From Candidatus Woesearchaeota archaeon (GTDB lineage: Archaea; Nanobdellota; Nanobdellia; Woesearchaeales; UBA525), in assembly GCA_023252315.1 (NCBI GenBank), contig JAJPEB010000001.1, positions 1 to 24,225 on the forward strand: a stretch of DNA of 24,225 bases, written 5' to 3'. A program made the translations under genes and the position numbers. Positions 22,676 through 24,225 of this stretch are shown piece after piece (within the stretch, counting starts at the first letter, position 1; each line of letters starts with the position of its first letter). The notes beneath the pieces are model-generated. The model was given only the letters and a program-made list of their open reading frames with translations, did no database searches and was not told where the DNA came from.

Positions 22676-22817
22676 GCGCTTGAAGAACGACGAGGCGCCC
22701 GAGAAGTCGAGCGCGATATCCTGCTAGTCGTCGCTCGCCGCCTGCGATCCTTCGTCGTGATGCGTGTGCTTCCCTTTCCCCATTCGCACTACCCCGGCCG
22801 TCCCGGCTCCTGTCCGC

Positions 22818-22825
22818 CTTTATAT
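22818..22825. promoter_or_regulatory. TATA box upstream of aglB (minus strand ATATAAAG; also TTTATAT on plus)
   Basis: The only AT-rich box near aglB, about 35 nt upstream of ATG22783. Confidence 0.55.
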
Positions 22826-22907
22826 CGGTTGTGGCTGCGATGTCCACGAACTCTTCGCATCCCAACAACACGATACGAGCGTGACATAGGGATGACCTGC
22901 TCTTGCG

Positions 22908-22995
22908 AGCGCTGCCTTGGAGCAAACCAGGAGAGGACCGAGGCGGAGCCGGGCTCGACGTAAAACCTGCGTAAGCACAAAGGCTCCGCAGCGCT
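22908..22995 (+). repeat. Structured intergenic repeat, copy B (most compact)
   Basis: GCTGCCTTGGA 22911-22921, CAGGAGAGGA 22928-22937, CTCGACGTAA 22954-22963, GCTCCGCAGC 22983-22992; terminal stem AGCGCTGC/GCAGCGCT. Confidence 0.85.
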
Positions 22996-23090
22996 GTATT
23001 GGCCATGCCCGTTCGTTCTTTATTTTACGGCCAGCAAGCTCTCGTTCCTTGCACCCCCCGTCCCCACTCTGGAATGGTCCTGCACAAAGC

Positions 23091-23110
23091 TTATATACGA
23101 TAGGGAGGTG
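23091..23110 (+). promoter_or_regulatory. TATA box (TTATATA, 23091-23097) and SD-like GGAGGTG (23104-23110) of the foldase gene
   Basis: Both elements are directly visible before ATG23120. Confidence 0.55.
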
Positions 23111-23119
23111 CCTATCCGG

Positions 23120-24225
23120 ATGGTCAGGAAGACACGCGCGCCGAAAGGCGCGACACCTGCCGCAGCGTCGCGCAAGCGCGCGAAGGCATCCAGGGAGACC
23201 CGCAACGAAGGCGCGCACGACGCTCCCGAGCCGGTGCGCGCCTCGCCGCTCATGCTCGCGTTCGTCGGCGTCGTGCTCGTGGCGCTCATCGCGGGAATCG
23301 CGTACCTCGTCTTCGTGCGCACGCACCCCATGCAGGCGGCAGGCAACGAGAGCCCGACGCTCGTGACCGTGAACGGCATGCCGATCACGCAGCGCGATCT
23401 CGACTTCCAGTACGCGCTGCTCCCGCCCGAGATGCGCGCGCAGCTCTCGCGCTCCGACGTGCTCGAGCAGGTCGTGGACGAGGAGATCGTCGTGCAGGAG
23501 GCGAAGGCGTCGGGCGTCTCCGTGACGGGCGCGGACATCGACGCGCGCGTGCAGCAGATCGTCGCCGAGAGCGGCATCTCCCCGCAGGACCTCCAGCGCA
23601 ACCTCGACGCGTTCAACGTGACGATGGGCCAGTTCCAGACCCTCGTCGGACGCGAGCTCCTCATCGAGGGGCTGCTCGCCAAGCGCATCAACATCACCGA
23701 GCCCGACAACGCGACGCTGCTCGCGCTCTACGCCTCGTCGCAGGGCCAGTACGCGCAGCCCGCGCAGGCGAAGGTGCGCCACATCCTCGTGAGCGGCCAG
23801 CGCGAGAACGCGTCGCAGCTCGGCGAGCGCATCTACGAGCGGGCGCGCTCGGGCGAGGACTTCTGCGCGCTCGTCGCGAACTACACGGACGACCCCGCGA
23901 GCAACGCGACGTGCGGGGAGTACACGTTCGCGCGCGGCGAGATGGTGGCGCAGTTCGAGAACGCGAGCTTCGCGATGAAGCCCGGCGAGTTCCGCCTCGT
24001 GCAGACCGAGTACGGCTACCACGTCATCGAGAAGCTCGAGGACATCCCCGCGCACGTGAGCAGCTTCGCGGACGTGCGCGACCAGCTCGCGCAGAGCTAC
24101 ATGAGCACCGCGCGCGCGACGCAGTACCAGGCGCTCATCGCGCAGCTGCGCGAGCGCGCGACCATCGTGTACGCGCCCGGCATGGCGCCGCCCGCGCGCA
24201 ACGCCTCCGCAGCGCCGGTGGAGAC
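23120..24225 (+). CDS. Membrane-anchored PrsA/SurA-like foldase with a PpiC (parvulin) PPIase domain, 3'-partial (not in the ORF track)
   Basis: MVRKTRAPKG.., TM (MLAFVGVVLVALIAGIAYLVFV), SurA-N-like region (LVTVNG.PIT, VLEQVVDEEIVVQEA), VRHILV, EDFCALVANYTDD, GEMVAQFENASF, TEYGYHVI. No stop before the window end. Confidence 0.92.
   Translation, partial: MVRKTRAPKGATPAAASRKRAKASRETRNEGAHDAPEPVRASPLMLAFVGVVLVALIAGIAYLVFVRTHPMQAAGNESPTLVTVNGMPITQRDLDFQYALLPPEMRAQLSRSDVLEQVVDEEIVVQEAKASGVSVTGADIDARVQQIVAESGISPQDLQRNLDAFNVTMGQFQTLVGRELLIEGLLAKRINITEPDNATLLALYASSQGQYAQPAQAKVRHILVSGQRENASQLGERIYERARSGEDFCALVANYTDDPASNATCGEYTFARGEMVAQFENASFAMKPGEFRLVQTEYGYHVIEKLEDIPAHVSSFADVRDQLAQSYMSTARATQYQALIAQLRERATIVYAPGMAPPARNASAAPVE

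Noticed and set aside
22724-22726. Genome-wide amber (TAG) reassignment
   Set aside because: TAG terminates at least five clearly complete genes in the window (DUF58, vWA, 12288 orphan, GATase, DMT).
18902-23006. Very long alternative-frame ORFs (18902..22963 +, 19842..23006 -, 1828..3963 +, 5478..8252 +, 8642..10045 +, 13391..15865 -, 17279..19078 - and similar)
   Set aside because: They are antisense or frame-shifted shadows of well-supported genes in GC-rich DNA, with R/A/G-biased translations and no motifs.
1-24225. tRNA, rRNA, CRISPR array, transposase or integrase
   Set aside because: No cloverleaf/T-loop in intergenic DNA, no regularly spaced direct repeats and no recognisable mobile-element ORF were seen by eye.

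Overview
High-GC archaeal chromosomal segment. The evidence is TATA-box promoters 21-23 nt before many start codons and an AglB/STT3 oligosaccharyltransferase; gene content suggests a DPANN, Woesearchaeota-like organism (inference only). From left to right: a partial hypothetical gene; two tandem 4xCxxC zinc-finger paralogues; an uncalled 12-aa Lys-rich micro-ORF with complete expression signals; a minus-strand BatA/vWA - vWA - coiled-coil - membrane protein - MoxR (truncated) - membrane protein - DUF58 cluster; an HD nucleotidase; a GT2; an NAD epimerase and a GmhB-nucleotidyltransferase fusion; a bacterial-type PadR-DUF1700-DUF4097 operon; a lower-GC cyclase/GATase pair; an aglB - two small DMT proteins - GT2 operon; and a divergent, sequon-rich PrsA-like foldase that runs off the end. 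The most striking unexplained signal is a family of four intergenic structured repeats (about 1645-1782, 3987-4145, 11229-11330 and 22908-22995) with conserved sequence blocks and co-varying stems. Several reading-frame anomalies (MoxR junction, in-frame TAG in aglB, read-through ORF at 10193) could be biology or assembly error. No tRNA, rRNA, CRISPR array or transposase was seen.
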